From IMG/VR virus record IMGVR_UViG_3300046471_000229: a stretch of DNA of 64,000 nt. The stretch is one strand, 5' to 3'. Positions within the stretch are counted from its first letter, which is position 1, and each line of letters begins with the position of its first letter. Below the pieces are notes generated by a model that had not been told where the DNA came from, made no database searches, and worked only from the letters and a program-made list of their open reading frames with translations. A program made the position numbers and the translations under genes. Source of the DNA: an uncultured virus (IMG/VR IMGVR_UViG_3300046471_000229) (taxonomy: Duplodnaviria; Heunggongvirae; Uroviricota; Caudoviricetes). Positions 46,788 through 57,067 of the stretch are shown here, in pieces.

Positions 46788-47408
46788 ATGGCGACCACGA
46801 CTACCGCTGTCACACTCATTCCACTCCTGGCGGTGGCCCCTACCAAGGAAGAGGTAACCGCTCAGGCTGAAAAGAATCTGGCTCTGATTCGCCAGGAAGG
46901 CGCTATGGAGAAGTATGGCCAAGCGTTTATGGATGAGCTCAGGGCTCCGATTCAACCCCGTGCCAAGATGAACCGCCTGAAGAAGCTGGCCGACAAGATC
47001 AGTGGCGCCGTCGTGCCGCACAGCGCTTGTCGAAACAGTTGCAGTCACTGCTGCAACATATCCGCGATCATCACTCAGACCGAGGCGAATGCCCTCGCCA
47101 CTGCCAGTGGTCGCAAGGCCAAGCAACTGAGTGGGCCGCCGCCGTCGTCAGAAGCGATCATGAAATACTTTCGTGTGCCCTGCCCGTTTCTGAAGAAAGG
47201 TCGCTGCTCGGTCTACGAAGACCGTCCACTGGTTTGCCGCCTTCAGTTCAATATCGCCGATAACCCACACTTCTGCGACACGGCCATCGAACCCAAAGAC
47301 AGCCATGTGACCATGCTCAATGTCCACCAGCTTGAAGAGGGCTACATGATGGCCTTCCTAAAAGACACCTGGGGCGATATCCGCGATTTCTTTCCTCCTT
47401 CGGCTTGA
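46788..47408 (+). CDS. YkgJ/FliB-like cysteine cluster protein
   Basis: CRNSCSHCC...CPFL...CSVYEDRPLVCR. Confidence 0.85.
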   Translation: MATTTTAVTLIPLLAVAPTKEEVTAQAEKNLALIRQEGAMEKYGQAFMDELRAPIQPRAKMNRLKKLADKISGAVVPHSACRNSCSHCCNISAIITQTEANALATASGRKAKQLSGPPPSSEAIMKYFRVPCPFLKKGRCSVYEDRPLVCRLQFNIADNPHFCDTAIEPKDSHVTMLNVHQLEEGYMMAFLKDTWGDIRDFFPPSA

Positions 47409-47489
47409 CCATGCCCTGGCAATTCCATGGCTATTGATCAGTTTCCGGTGGCAAGATATGAGTAATTGGTAACGAAACGTGAGGGCGGT

Positions 47490-48272
47490 ATGCAATTCAA
47501 GAATTTTGACGAGCGCAAGAGTGAAGTCTTTCGTTTCCGGATGACAACGCACTTTGAAACCATGAAGGACATGCTCACCGCCGTCGATCAATGTCCTAGT
47601 GGGTTCAGGCATTTTATTGCCTCAGGCGAATACAAAGTCGTCAGCGATGTGATTGACGGTAACTGCGTGGTCATCAAACGTCAGATGCACGTGAGTAATA
47701 AAGAGGCCTATGCCGCTTATTTCATCGATGCTCAGGGCCATGCCGACAGAATTCGTGGCGGAATTGAGCATGAACACAACCTGGAAGACCAAATGGGCTG
47801 GTTGCAATCTGTCGAGTTCACGCAAAACAAACTCGGCCATCTCCTGCGTTGTGACCTGCCACACCATCAGTACGACATGACTGCTGAGGAGCTCGAGTTT
47901 GAGCCGGGATCAGCCCACGAGAAACTGTTCAATAACTTCCAGGCGGCCTTTTCACAGTGGTGTTCAGCACCTCAAGCAACTCCAGGGCCTGCGTTCTATG
48001 CCTATACCAACGAGAGCTACTCCAGAGCCGGAGGAAAATCCCTAAGCGCCCTAAAAGCAGAGCTTCAAACCGTGTATGATGCCTACCCGGAGTACAGCGC
48101 CCCTGAAGAGGGTCAGGGTGATTTTATGGGCATGGTGCGCCTGTTCGCTGAAGACAATTTCTTCAACCTGCACTTCGTGGCTAAGCATTACCTGCTGTTG
48201 AGCCAGGAGCTGGAATTGGCCAATAAACAAAAGCCCCGAACGCGTGACAGCGAGCCCGGTTTAGAGATGTGA
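47490..48272 (+). CDS. hypothetical protein
   Basis: long ORF; GAGG RBS before Met at 47490. Confidence 0.65.
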   Translation: MQFKNFDERKSEVFRFRMTTHFETMKDMLTAVDQCPSGFRHFIASGEYKVVSDVIDGNCVVIKRQMHVSNKEAYAAYFIDAQGHADRIRGGIEHEHNLEDQMGWLQSVEFTQNKLGHLLRCDLPHHQYDMTAEELEFEPGSAHEKLFNNFQAAFSQWCSAPQATPGPAFYAYTNESYSRAGGKSLSALKAELQTVYDAYPEYSAPEEGQGDFMGMVRLFAEDNFFNLHFVAKHYLLLSQELELANKQKPRTRDSEPGLEM

Positions 48273-48501
48273 CGCGCCCCTTCCCGCCCGGCTGAACCTG
48301 GGCGTCGCTTCGATCAATGAACGGTGGCTGAGGCCGCCGTTCCTGCTTTCGGCGCATGCCAAGCACGCGAAAGATCGCAATCCAGGACGGAGATGGCTAT
48401 CATTGGCAAATTGACATTATCTGATAATTGTCGAAGACAGACAGCGCCAACGAAAGCCCAACCGGCCTGGAAAGCTCAGCATTAAACTGGATCTGGACGC
48501 C

Positions 48502-48960
48502 ATGCCAACTTACGACCTGAAAAAAATCAGTGACACGATGTTCGTGGCCACGCGTGCCGATGCTGCGGCGGTTTTCAACCTGACGCATAAAACACACCAC
48601 GGCTTTTTGCAATGGGTTTTGGAGTTTGATGGAAAATTCCATGTAGATCACGACAAGAGCAAAACCTACCTGGTCAACCGACTTCAGGCCGGCGCCTACG
48701 ACGACTACCTGATCACCAGCGTAACGATTGGGGATCGCCAATACCCGGTAGTCAGCAGATCCGAGCTTTATGATGCGAAGTTAGACACTGAACGCCTGGC
48801 TCCTCTGAACACCGTACACTGGTGGGTCAAGGGCACTGACGACGCGCCCTACTTTAAGTGCTCGCTTCATACGGATGAGATTTCACTTGAACCCGGTGGA
48901 GACACTCTGATGGAGGCACTTAATGCCCTTCGTTCCGAGCTCCTGTGGTACGACATCTAA
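48502..48960 (+). CDS. hypothetical protein
   Basis: 152-aa ORF. Confidence 0.6.
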   Translation: MPTYDLKKISDTMFVATRADAAAVFNLTHKTHHGFLQWVLEFDGKFHVDHDKSKTYLVNRLQAGAYDDYLITSVTIGDRQYPVVSRSELYDAKLDTERLAPLNTVHWWVKGTDDAPYFKCSLHTDEISLEPGGDTLMEALNALRSELLWYDI

Positions 48961-49056
48961 AGTCTGGTGGCGCCGGCGTTTGTGACCAATCAGCCTCCAC
49001 ACCTATAATGGGAAATCGGCTATTAAAAAGGCCCACTCGATGCTGGGGATTGGTTC

Positions 49057-49578
49057 ATGGACAAAGGCTTGGCGCGGATTGCTGAATTCAGGCAGATCTT
49101 TGAGCAGTGCACGGATCGGGATTCCGAACTCGATATGCTTGCCTACAACGGCGCCCATGCAGAGCTCAGGCTTGATTTCGCCAAGATAAGGCGGCACAGA
49201 CCTGACAAGATTGAATACCTCCAGCCTATGGAATCGCTGATTGATGAGTATCCACAGCTTCCGCAGGTGGTGTTCGATAACGCTGAGATTCACACGGCCA
49301 AGCGATTCGACCGTGTCGAGATGCTCATTTCGAAGTACACGCACACCGATGACCTGAAGAATCTGTACGCCGTCATAGCCATCAGGATGGCCCTGGACAG
49401 CACCGACGCAAGCTTCCGGATGGGCGCAATGATGCGAGAAAGCCGGACTGATGGTGGGCCGAAAACGTTGTCCGCGAATGACCAGGCCCTGGTGGATAAG
49501 CTGGCCGAGTTGCGCCGGGTTTGCTTGAACCCGAGAGCGGTGCCGGCCCCATCGGCTGACAGCTCCCCTTCCCCTTAA
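49057..49578 (+). CDS. hypothetical protein with C-terminal DSSPSP
   Basis: 173-aa ORF. Confidence 0.6.
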   Translation: MDKGLARIAEFRQIFEQCTDRDSELDMLAYNGAHAELRLDFAKIRRHRPDKIEYLQPMESLIDEYPQLPQVVFDNAEIHTAKRFDRVEMLISKYTHTDDLKNLYAVIAIRMALDSTDASFRMGAMMRESRTDGGPKTLSANDQALVDKLAELRRVCLNPRAVPAPSADSSPSP

Positions 49579-49585
49579 ACGACAA

Positions 49586-50674
49586 TCAAGGCTTCAGCGT
49601 TGGCACTTGCTCGAACGAGCGGTCAACACGCGGAGAGCATTTAAGCCTGGCCAATGCTGTCCTCGCATAGTCCGAAGTGAAGGTGACCGGATTCAGGCCA
49701 CGGGCTGCCCCACAATGCGCACAATGAGCTGAAGCTGGCGGGTTGGCCATCAAGCAGGTGTCGCATTGAGCCGCCTGGCCTCCCCACTCCGCGACTGAGC
49801 GTTGAATACTGGCCGCGATCAACTCAGCACGCTGCAGGATCTTCTGGCGTAAGGCGCTCTTATCCTCCCGCAGGGGCTGCCTTACAGGTAGGTTGACCGC
49901 TTGAGTCACCCTACTGCTTCCGAAGTCTTTTATCCCCTGTCCACGAAGCCTTATAGCCTCTGCCCTGGCTTTACGCTCAGCTGCAGCGGCCTCCAACCGC
50001 AGTCGGATGGTTTCATTCTTGGCTTTGATCTCCGTTGCCAGTTCGGCCTTGGCCTCGTTAACCATCTGAACGCCGCGATTTGAATGCACCCAGTGCTTGT
50101 TGCTGGGGTCATGCAAAAGCGCCTTCTCAAAGAGTCCAGGGTCGCAGATCGTGCGCATGTCCAGACTGGAAATGTTGATTTCCAGGGTAGATAGACCCAA
50201 AGCTCGCAATCGTGTGTGTTCGTCGTGGTCGATTTTTTTGGCGACCCGCACTTCGATCAATAGCTGATGACCATCGACCTCGTAGATTACATCCGGCGTG
50301 ACCCCCGATAACACCACTTCCGCATCAGCGCGTGTGGCTGTCAGACTTCGCCCCTTGAAGCGAACCACCTTGCTCAAGGCACCGCCATCATGGGTCGATC
50401 CGCTGATGATTTCCTCAAAGTCGGGTGTAACAATGAACTTGCGCTCTACCAAGAGAGCTATCGCAACTTTGTGTAGCGAGGACTCGTAGCCTGCCCGGCA
50501 GTCGACCATCTTGGCGTGACGAAAGTGTGGGACGTTCTTCAGGCCTGCGTTAGCGGCGATCAGAGAGGTTTTGCAGCCTGGGCAAAGGCATCCGCAGGCC
50601 AACCCATTGGCAACCTCGATAGCGCGTACCAGGCGGCCCTCAAGGAGCCCGAAAGGGATCAGCGTTTGTTCCAT
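49586..50674 (-). CDS. CoiA-like Zn-finger/PD-(D/E)XK nuclease-fold protein
   Basis: CLCPGC...HFRH...ESSLH...PDV...LLIEVRV...LEI. Confidence 0.7.
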   Translation of the reverse strand: MEQTLIPFGLLEGRLVRAIEVANGLACGCLCPGCKTSLIAANAGLKNVPHFRHAKMVDCRAGYESSLHKVAIALLVERKFIVTPDFEEIISGSTHDGGALSKVVRFKGRSLTATRADAEVVLSGVTPDVIYEVDGHQLLIEVRVAKKIDHDEHTRLRALGLSTLEINISSLDMRTICDPGLFEKALLHDPSNKHWVHSNRGVQMVNEAKAELATEIKAKNETIRLRLEAAAAERKARAEAIRLRGQGIKDFGSSRVTQAVNLPVRQPLREDKSALRQKILQRAELIAASIQRSVAEWGGQAAQCDTCLMANPPASAHCAHCGAARGLNPVTFTSDYARTALARLKCSPRVDRSFEQVPTLKP

Positions 50675-50786
50675 CGTAACCGTCCTGGGTATCTGAGGAT
50701 GTCTTGAGTTGCCGGCGCTAAGCTTCGAGGATCTTATCTCAGATGATAGCTAATCGTAGATGCTTTCTTGAATACCTGTTGGGGGT

Positions 50787-51281
50787 TCAGGCTGTCTGAG
50801 GATTAGCTGATAACCGCCGTGCGATTGAGTACAACGCACGCCTTTCTGCCTCCTCATTTGGTTCATGCTGGAATTCGCGCCAGTTCCCCATTACCGCCTC
50901 AGCGGAAGCGCTTACACGCAGCGCCGGCCAGAGATTTCCGTCTGCTTTTACAACAGCAATCACCGATCTGCCTTTGGCGTACAGCAGTCCCCATTTCGGC
51001 GGAAGCTCCTCAGGGGTAATCATCCCCTCCGGGCAAAGATAAAACCGGTACAAGCCCAGACCGCCAACGGAGCGTTCAGGCTTTTTCCGGTCAGCGAAAA
51101 AGTCTGACCGACTGACCTTCACCTCGATGATTGCCGAGCAGCTACTGCGAAACCCGATCACGTCTGGCTGCTCACGGCTGCCGAAACACGTTAGCTCTGT
51201 GGCAATAACGCCAAAGCCGCTCTTTCGGAACCAGCCTGCACCCAGTGCAGTCAGCCTTTTGTGCTCATCAGAGACAGCCAT
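50787..51281 (-). CDS. MmcB-like PD-(D/E)XK putative nuclease
   Basis: EQPDVIG...IEVKVSRSDFFAD..K...ELP..WGL. Confidence 0.7.
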   Translation of the reverse strand: MAVSDEHKRLTALGAGWFRKSGFGVIATELTCFGSREQPDVIGFRSSCSAIIEVKVSRSDFFADRKKPERSVGGLGLYRFYLCPEGMITPEELPPKWGLLYAKGRSVIAVVKADGNLWPALRVSASAEAVMGNWREFQHEPNEEAERRALYSIARRLSANPQTA

Positions 51282-51500
51282 TTTCTGTTCTCATTAGGTC
51301 AACCGGATGACCATCAGATTGATTCGCGAGACTCGCCAAAAGTCTTCCTGCAGTCAGAGGCCACACACTCTGGATACCGCGCAGGATTCACCTACCGACC
51401 GCCCGGATCATTCCATGGATCAGCGCAAATACTACGTGAACGAAAAGACCGGGGATAGCCCGGCCTTGCCGTGATTGTGGCGACCGTCCATCTCTATGAA

Positions 51501-51917
51501 TCAGGGTGATGGAGTCTCGTCAACTTCAGCAGCGAACTGGCTGTAATGAGCAATCACCTCCTTCAGTGGCTTCGCTTGCTCATCCATGTTCTGACGCATC
51601 GCACGAGCATTCGAAGCCCGTGTCCAGCCTGACGCAGTATCGTTGCGCACGATCAGCGTATTCTTGAATCGAAGAAACGGGTCGACGAAGCCGTAATTCC
51701 GGCGAGCCAGTTTAATCAGCTCAGAAAACTGCTGGTATTGGCTATCATCCGTTAAAGCGGTGTCCGAAAGATCGACAAACACATCGATGTCTCCAGGCTG
51801 TAACGAGCCTTCCGCCATCGAGCCGAAGACCTTGATTTTGTCAGCATACGGCAGTCGGGCCATTGCCTTTGCAATGCCTAAAAGTTTCTGGTTGAAGTTG
51901 ATCATCTTCGAATGCAC
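51501..51917 (-). CDS. minimal nucleotidyltransferase
   Basis: VFGSMAEG...GDIDVFVD. Confidence 0.7.
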   Translation of the reverse strand: MHSKMINFNQKLLGIAKAMARLPYADKIKVFGSMAEGSLQPGDIDVFVDLSDTALTDDSQYQQFSELIKLARRNYGFVDPFLRFKNTLIVRNDTASGWTRASNARAMRQNMDEQAKPLKEVIAHYSQFAAEVDETPSP

Positions 51918-51939
51918 CGCATGCTAAAAGTGGTTGATA

Positions 51940-53718
51940 TCACAAGCCCAAATCCTGGGAAAACGCCTGCGCCAAAGGTTTTGAAGGCATTTGATGCAAG
52001 TATGGGCGCATCGCATCAACGCCCAGTAATTCCAGAAGAAACGTCCACTCCTTTACCGACCTGGCGGCAGCCGTACAGGCCTCAGCGCCAGCGCTGACCA
52101 AAAACGTTCGGTTTGCTATTGCCGGCTGAGTGAAATTGCCCATCGGGTCTTTCATCCGCCCGCAGACCTTAAGCGCGTCGGCAACACTCCCAGGTGCGTG
52201 TTTCTCAAAAGGCCATATCCCCATCTGCGCCAAGCGATAGCAACTCTGATTCGAATCACTCTTGAAGTAGTCCGGCAATGTCTTGGTCGCCCCAATGATT
52301 GTGCTGAACAGCGTTGTAAGGTCGACTATCGTCTCGCCGCTCGAGCGGAACGCATAAGCGTTTGAGTCCGCAAATTTGTTTCCGATTACCTGACTCCCAG
52401 GATAAAACTTGAAACCCTGGTCGTGGAGAGCCTCGATGGACTGCTGACTGGGGCTCATCAGAAACCCCTGATTGTCGATGCCCAACTCGGCATGCAGCCG
52501 GCTCATAGCACTTCCCTTGATGACACAGGATCTTCCGAGCGCCCGCCATTGCTCCGGGCTCATCAGCCTCGCCAGGTTCGAACCAACTGCGTCGTCTAGA
52601 GCCAGTGCATCAAAGACATCACTGATACTGCTACTCACCAGTCCATTGGAGATCGAATGAGATAATTTTCCGTCAGGAAATGCCTCGAGCGTCAGTAAAT
52701 CAAATGGCAAATACTGACTCATAAATTGCTCGACCAGGGCAAGGTTGGCCGTGTTGCAGGCTTGCGGTATCTGAAACTCGGAGAGAAACGACGTCGTTGT
52801 GTGGCACAACTGCAGGTTGTCGTTTTCAAGAAAGCCATAACGGGCTGTCGCTGGCGCCATCGCGTGCAGAACGTATTGACCCTTGAGGTCATCCGAAACC
52901 GCCTCAGCTGAGATGGTCAGGTTCCACAGATCTGGCACAGGCTCATTCGCTTCAGTAGCCGCTGCAAAACGCGCCTGCCAGGCGGAAAGGCTTTGGGTAG
53001 TCCCCATTCTTTGTACGGTTGAGCGGCAGGATGCTTCATGCCGAGCGTGAAACGGATGAAGGTGTTCAGGGTAGGCAGCCACCATTGCTGGCGTTGCCCA
53101 GCACAGCATCGGCTCGAACGCCCGGCCCGCAATAGAGTCCTTACCCGCTTCAAGGAGACCCATCAACAGCTCAGGGTCTTTCAAGCGCTCGTTGTCCAGC
53201 GTTGGCACTACACCCTCGAAGATCACTGTCCTGCAGACGTCCGCAACCGAAGTGACCCCAGTGCCTGCACGAAAGATCCCCTGGCCTGTCTCGTTCGTAC
53301 TGACGAGGCCGTTCACCTGCATGTCCCGTATATTTTGAAAAAGCCTCATCAGCTCAGGGGCAGATCTGGACGTGTAGAGCAGGCCATTCTGTTGGTAATG
53401 CACTAGTTGATGCGGCTGCCCGTTGAGTTCGTACGCGCCATTGCTTTGCCGAACAAGCTGAACCGGGAACGGGCCGCGTTGCTGCCACAGGCGCTCTGCG
53501 ATGAAATTATCGCCATTCATCAGTGCATACAGCAGCGCCGGCGCCAGCTCGGCATCAGGCATCGCCTGGCAATTGTCGTCGAGCACCTTAACGTCGAATC
53601 CCCATGCTTCGGTCGATAATTGGCGATTCTTGATTTTGTTGTCGCTAGCGCGAGCGTAAACCGCCTGTTTCAATCCAACTAGGGCATCGGTTCCATCAAA
53701 TTTCTTTGCCATCGACAT
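51940..53718 (-). CDS. hypothetical protein with C-terminal FSQDLGL tag
   Basis: 592-aa ORF. Confidence 0.8.
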   Translation of the reverse strand: MSMAKKFDGTDALVGLKQAVYARASDNKIKNRQLSTEAWGFDVKVLDDNCQAMPDAELAPALLYALMNGDNFIAERLWQQRGPFPVQLVRQSNGAYELNGQPHQLVHYQQNGLLYTSRSAPELMRLFQNIRDMQVNGLVSTNETGQGIFRAGTGVTSVADVCRTVIFEGVVPTLDNERLKDPELLMGLLEAGKDSIAGRAFEPMLCWATPAMVAAYPEHLHPFHARHEASCRSTVQRMGTTQSLSAWQARFAAATEANEPVPDLWNLTISAEAVSDDLKGQYVLHAMAPATARYGFLENDNLQLCHTTTSFLSEFQIPQACNTANLALVEQFMSQYLPFDLLTLEAFPDGKLSHSISNGLVSSSISDVFDALALDDAVGSNLARLMSPEQWRALGRSCVIKGSAMSRLHAELGIDNQGFLMSPSQQSIEALHDQGFKFYPGSQVIGNKFADSNAYAFRSSGETIVDLTTLFSTIIGATKTLPDYFKSDSNQSCYRLAQMGIWPFEKHAPGSVADALKVCGRMKDPMGNFTQPAIANRTFLVSAGAEACTAAARSVKEWTFLLELLGVDAMRPYLHQMPSKPLAQAFSQDLGL

Positions 53719-53933
53719 TAAGCCTGTGATTATTTTCTTCTAGTATGCCGTTGCCGACGACAGTGCCACAAATTGCGGAATCTAGGCGGATCGGGCTCGA
53801 CCACTGCGCCACCGGCGCCTGCAACTCAAGGAAAGGCTGAATTTCTACAATAAATTGACGGCTGACTTCTAATCAGCTGGTAAGCAGAAGGACTCCATTC
53901 ATAGAATAGTGAAATACCCAGTAGGAGATTTTC

Positions 53934-54266
53934 ATGCAATACATCCATGGCGAATGGCAACACAAGTTCCCGACCTCCCCAACCCGCGATACCACCTGCC
54001 GCATCCTGGTAGACGCGGACAACGTGAATCTGGTCGCCGGCGAGATCTGTACTCGCCAGGAAGGCTCCCAGCCTGCCATCTGGCGCCCGATGCGTGCTGA
54101 TGAAAGAGCCGATCTGCTCGACAGCCTCAAGCATGGCAACGACGAGATGTTCGACAATCCAAGTGACTACGGCCTCGACGTTTCCGACGATGCTCCAGAT
54201 TGGGCGAAGCTGGCTTTGCAACCAACCATCAAAGCACACCAGGTTGACGGCGGCTACGCACCTTAA
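53934..54266 (+). CDS. hypothetical protein
   Basis: AGGAG RBS; followed by a terminator. Confidence 0.7.
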   Translation: MQYIHGEWQHKFPTSPTRDTTCRILVDADNVNLVAGEICTRQEGSQPAIWRPMRADERADLLDSLKHGNDEMFDNPSDYGLDVSDDAPDWAKLALQPTIKAHQVDGGYAP

Positions 54267-54286
54267 GCGGCACCTAGCCTGCGCAG

Positions 54287-54313
54287 AAAAGCCCCGCTAT
54301 TGCGGGGCTTTTT
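54287..54313 (+). terminator. intrinsic terminator
   Basis: AAAAGCCCCGC-TATT-GCGGGGCTTTTT. Confidence 0.85.
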
Positions 54314-54341
54314 ATTGCCCTCCTTGCGCAATCACAATCAA

Positions 54342-54371
54342 ATTGACATCACGTCAATATATGCTAATAAT
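54342..54371 (+). promoter_or_regulatory. promoter with palindromic operator over the -35 element
   Basis: ATTGAC-ATCAC-GTCAAT, then ATATGCT-AATAAT. Confidence 0.65.
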
Positions 54372-54422
54372 TCGCGTCCCACCATGAGATAAAGCCCTTA
54401 TTTGCTGACCTAAAGGATTGTC

Positions 54423-55469
54423 ATGCGCAAGTTAGTAACCGTTCGACGAGTGTCCTCGCTTAAGCCCATTCCCGAAGCCGATCTGATCGAGTGCGCCACC
54501 GTCGAAGGGTGGAAATGCGTTGCACTGAAAGGCGATTTCGCTGTTGGGGATCACTGTCTCTACTTTGAGATTGACTCATTTCTGCTCGATTCCGACCCTC
54601 GTTTTGAGGTTCTGATGAAGGACAGTAAGCGGGAATGGAATGGCCTCGTTGGGATGAAAATCTCGACCCGCGAGTTCCGCAAGCAAATCTCCCAAGGTTT
54701 GGCCCTGCCACTTAAGGACTTCCCTGAGGTGCAGCAGCTCATTGAAGGGTTGGACGACAAGTCGATCCGCGCTATGGATTTCACGGACGTCGTTGGCGTC
54801 GTCAAGTGGGAAGCCATTGTTCCTGATGAAATCATGGAAACAGTGCGTGGCGGTATGCCCACCTACCTCCCGGCTACCGGTGGTGAACGCATTCAAAACA
54901 TCCCGGCGTTGATTGAAGACTGCCCCGAGGAAATGTTCGAGGAGAGCGTGAAATTGGACGGGTTTTCCATGACCGTTTTCAAGCATGGCGATGATCACGG
55001 TGTGTGCGACCGGAGCTGGTGGTTCAAAGACGACACCGTGAATGAATACATGACGACTGCGGCCCGCATGGGGCTGGTCGAAGCCTTGAAAAAGCACCCG
55101 ATGAGTTTAGGTCTGCAGGGTGAGCTGATTGGCCCTGGCGTGCGCAAAAACAAGGAAAAGCTGGCTCAGAAAGAGTTCCGCCTGTTCCGCATCTGGGATA
55201 TTGCCAACAGCCGTCGATGCACTCCGGAGGAGCGAGATCGCATCGTGCGCGAACTGCGTGAGCTCGGGGCTAAGCTGGAAACCACTGTGTTTACGGGTAT
55301 TTTCAAGCTGTCTGAGCTAGGGACAATGGAAGACATGCTGGCGAGAGCCGATGGCCCATCTCTGAACCCGAACACAAAGCGGGAAGGCCTGTTCTACCAC
55401 AGCGTCCACGGTCGCGGCTCGTTCAAGGTCATCAGCAACCGTTACCTTCTGAAGAACAGAGAAGCCTGA
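54423..55469 (+). CDS. ATP-dependent RNA ligase (Rnl2/DRB0094-like) with N-terminal OB domain
   Basis: YFEIDS, ISQGL, KLDG, QGELIGPG, REGL, FKVISNRYL. Confidence 0.88.
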   Translation: MRKLVTVRRVSSLKPIPEADLIECATVEGWKCVALKGDFAVGDHCLYFEIDSFLLDSDPRFEVLMKDSKREWNGLVGMKISTREFRKQISQGLALPLKDFPEVQQLIEGLDDKSIRAMDFTDVVGVVKWEAIVPDEIMETVRGGMPTYLPATGGERIQNIPALIEDCPEEMFEESVKLDGFSMTVFKHGDDHGVCDRSWWFKDDTVNEYMTTAARMGLVEALKKHPMSLGLQGELIGPGVRKNKEKLAQKEFRLFRIWDIANSRRCTPEERDRIVRELRELGAKLETTVFTGIFKLSELGTMEDMLARADGPSLNPNTKREGLFYHSVHGRGSFKVISNRYLLKNREA

Positions 55470-55486
55470 TCTGACTTGAAACACCT

Positions 55487-55511
55487 AAAGCCCCGCATCG
55501 CGGGGTTTTTT
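55487..55511 (+). terminator. intrinsic terminator
   Basis: CCCCGC-ATC-GCGGGG followed by a T-run. Confidence 0.8.
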
Positions 55512-55559
55512 CTTTTGGCGCCTACGCCAGATCTGCGGCTCAGTATGTATTGGTGGTCG

Positions 55560-55588
55560 ATTGACAGTCGTCAATATATGCCAATAAT
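55560..55588 (+). promoter_or_regulatory. promoter with palindromic operator over the -35 element
   Basis: ATTGAC-AGTC-GTCAAT, then ATATGCC-AATAAT. Confidence 0.65.
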
Positions 55589-55628
55589 ACTTTCACAATA
55601 GGCACTTCAGTCTGGACAGAAAACGCCA

Positions 55629-56174
55629 ATGACCCCTGCCCTTATCCGCTGCATCGGAAAAACACCAGAAACGACCATAGACATCCTCGTCTACTCCGAC
55701 GGCGGCCTGTTACGCTTGGGCGAAGTCCTCGCTACCGCGTCGAAAGACATACTTTGGGGGGATCGGTTCTGCATCCATTTGCTGAACGAGCAGCACCCCG
55801 ACCACAACATTCGCCTGGGCAGCGAGCGCCACCTTGGTTCGCTCATCTTCGGCCTGGTATGGGAAGAGTTCGACAAACTGACTTCGTTCACAGTGCGCGG
55901 CAAGGATTACCCTGTCCGGTACTCGCACAGCCAGTTCCAAATCGTGCCCGCCAGTGCCGATAACATGAGCTTGGCTGCCTGGGTGTACCAGGTGGAATTT
56001 CGTGACTATCCAAACGAGTTTATGAGTTTCACAGATCCTATGCGAGTCTGGATCAAGGTCATACACCCCGCTAACTCGTTCGAAGGTTGGCCGGAGGACG
56101 TGCTCGAGTTTATTACCCTGAAAAACGCCGAGCGAGAGCTGGCCGTAAAATCTGAAATCGAGGCCTGCCAATGA
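55629..56174 (+). CDS. hypothetical protein, tandem paralog 1
   Basis: MTPALIRC...SDGG...RYSH.QF...FEGWPEDVL shared with the next gene. Confidence 0.75.
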   Translation: MTPALIRCIGKTPETTIDILVYSDGGLLRLGEVLATASKDILWGDRFCIHLLNEQHPDHNIRLGSERHLGSLIFGLVWEEFDKLTSFTVRGKDYPVRYSHSQFQIVPASADNMSLAAWVYQVEFRDYPNEFMSFTDPMRVWIKVIHPANSFEGWPEDVLEFITLKNAERELAVKSEIEACQ

Positions 56175-56740
56175 CGCCCGCACTGATCCGCTGCGCCGGT
56201 AAAACCCCTGAGCAAGCCATCGACATCATGGTTCAATCCGATGGCGGTATCACCGCCCTTGGCGAATGTCTCTCATCGCTGTGCAGGGACATCCTCTGGG
56301 GTCACCACATGTCTTTGGAATTCCTCAAAGACAAAGACCCTGATATGCGCATCAGGTTTGGCCGTGAAGAGAATCTTGGCTCACTGGTCTTCGGAATGCT
56401 GTGGCCTCATTTCGATGACATTGGAACCGTTGAAATGATGAGTAGGACACTCACCAGACGCTACTCTCACAACCAGTTCGTGATCGCCCCTGTCAACGAC
56501 AAGAACCTGGAACGAGCCTACTACGTCTACCATCTGGAGTTCCGCCCCTACCCTGGCCGCTACCTAGACTTTGCCGGTACCAAGCGGGTATGGATCACCA
56601 TTACGAACGATCAACTGGTGACGGAATTTGAAGGCTGGCCAGAGGACGTGCTCGCAATGGCGGCGGCCCAGGCTAAGGTCGATGAGCAGGATGAGCTGGA
56701 AGATCAGTTCGCAGATGATACTCAGCGACAGGATGATTAA
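56171..56740 (+). CDS. hypothetical protein, tandem paralog 2
   Basis: ATGA overlap with paralog 1; same motifs. Confidence 0.75.
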   Translation: MTPALIRCAGKTPEQAIDIMVQSDGGITALGECLSSLCRDILWGHHMSLEFLKDKDPDMRIRFGREENLGSLVFGMLWPHFDDIGTVEMMSRTLTRRYSHNQFVIAPVNDKNLERAYYVYHLEFRPYPGRYLDFAGTKRVWITITNDQLVTEFEGWPEDVLAMAAAQAKVDEQDELEDQFADDTQRQDD

Positions 56741-56797
56741 CACCACGTAGCCGTTGTGAGATCATGACGGTATCGTCTCCCGCTATCCAGGGCCGTC

Positions 56798-57067
56798 TTG
56801 GACGCTTTGGATGGCGCCATCGCCATGGTGTCCAACTTGTTATTCCTCAAGATTCTTGCCTGTATCTGGGTCTGCGTGTTCCTGTACTACACCGTATTTG
56901 CTTTCGTCGAGGATGGCAAATTTGGCCGGTACTGCTGGCAAGTCTCTCTGCTCTGTGGCCTGTTCTATTCGACTGGCCTGCCGATCATGCTGATCTTCGA
57001 CGCGATTGAAAATCCGAAAGCCCCCTTTGCGAGGCTGAAGTACCTAAGAAAGAGTAAACAACTGTGA
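56798..57067 (+). CDS. small membrane protein
   Basis: two hydrophobic segments. Confidence 0.5.
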   Translation: MDALDGAIAMVSNLLFLKILACIWVCVFLYYTVFAFVEDGKFGRYCWQVSLLCGLFYSTGLPIMLIFDAIENPKAPFARLKYLRKSKQL

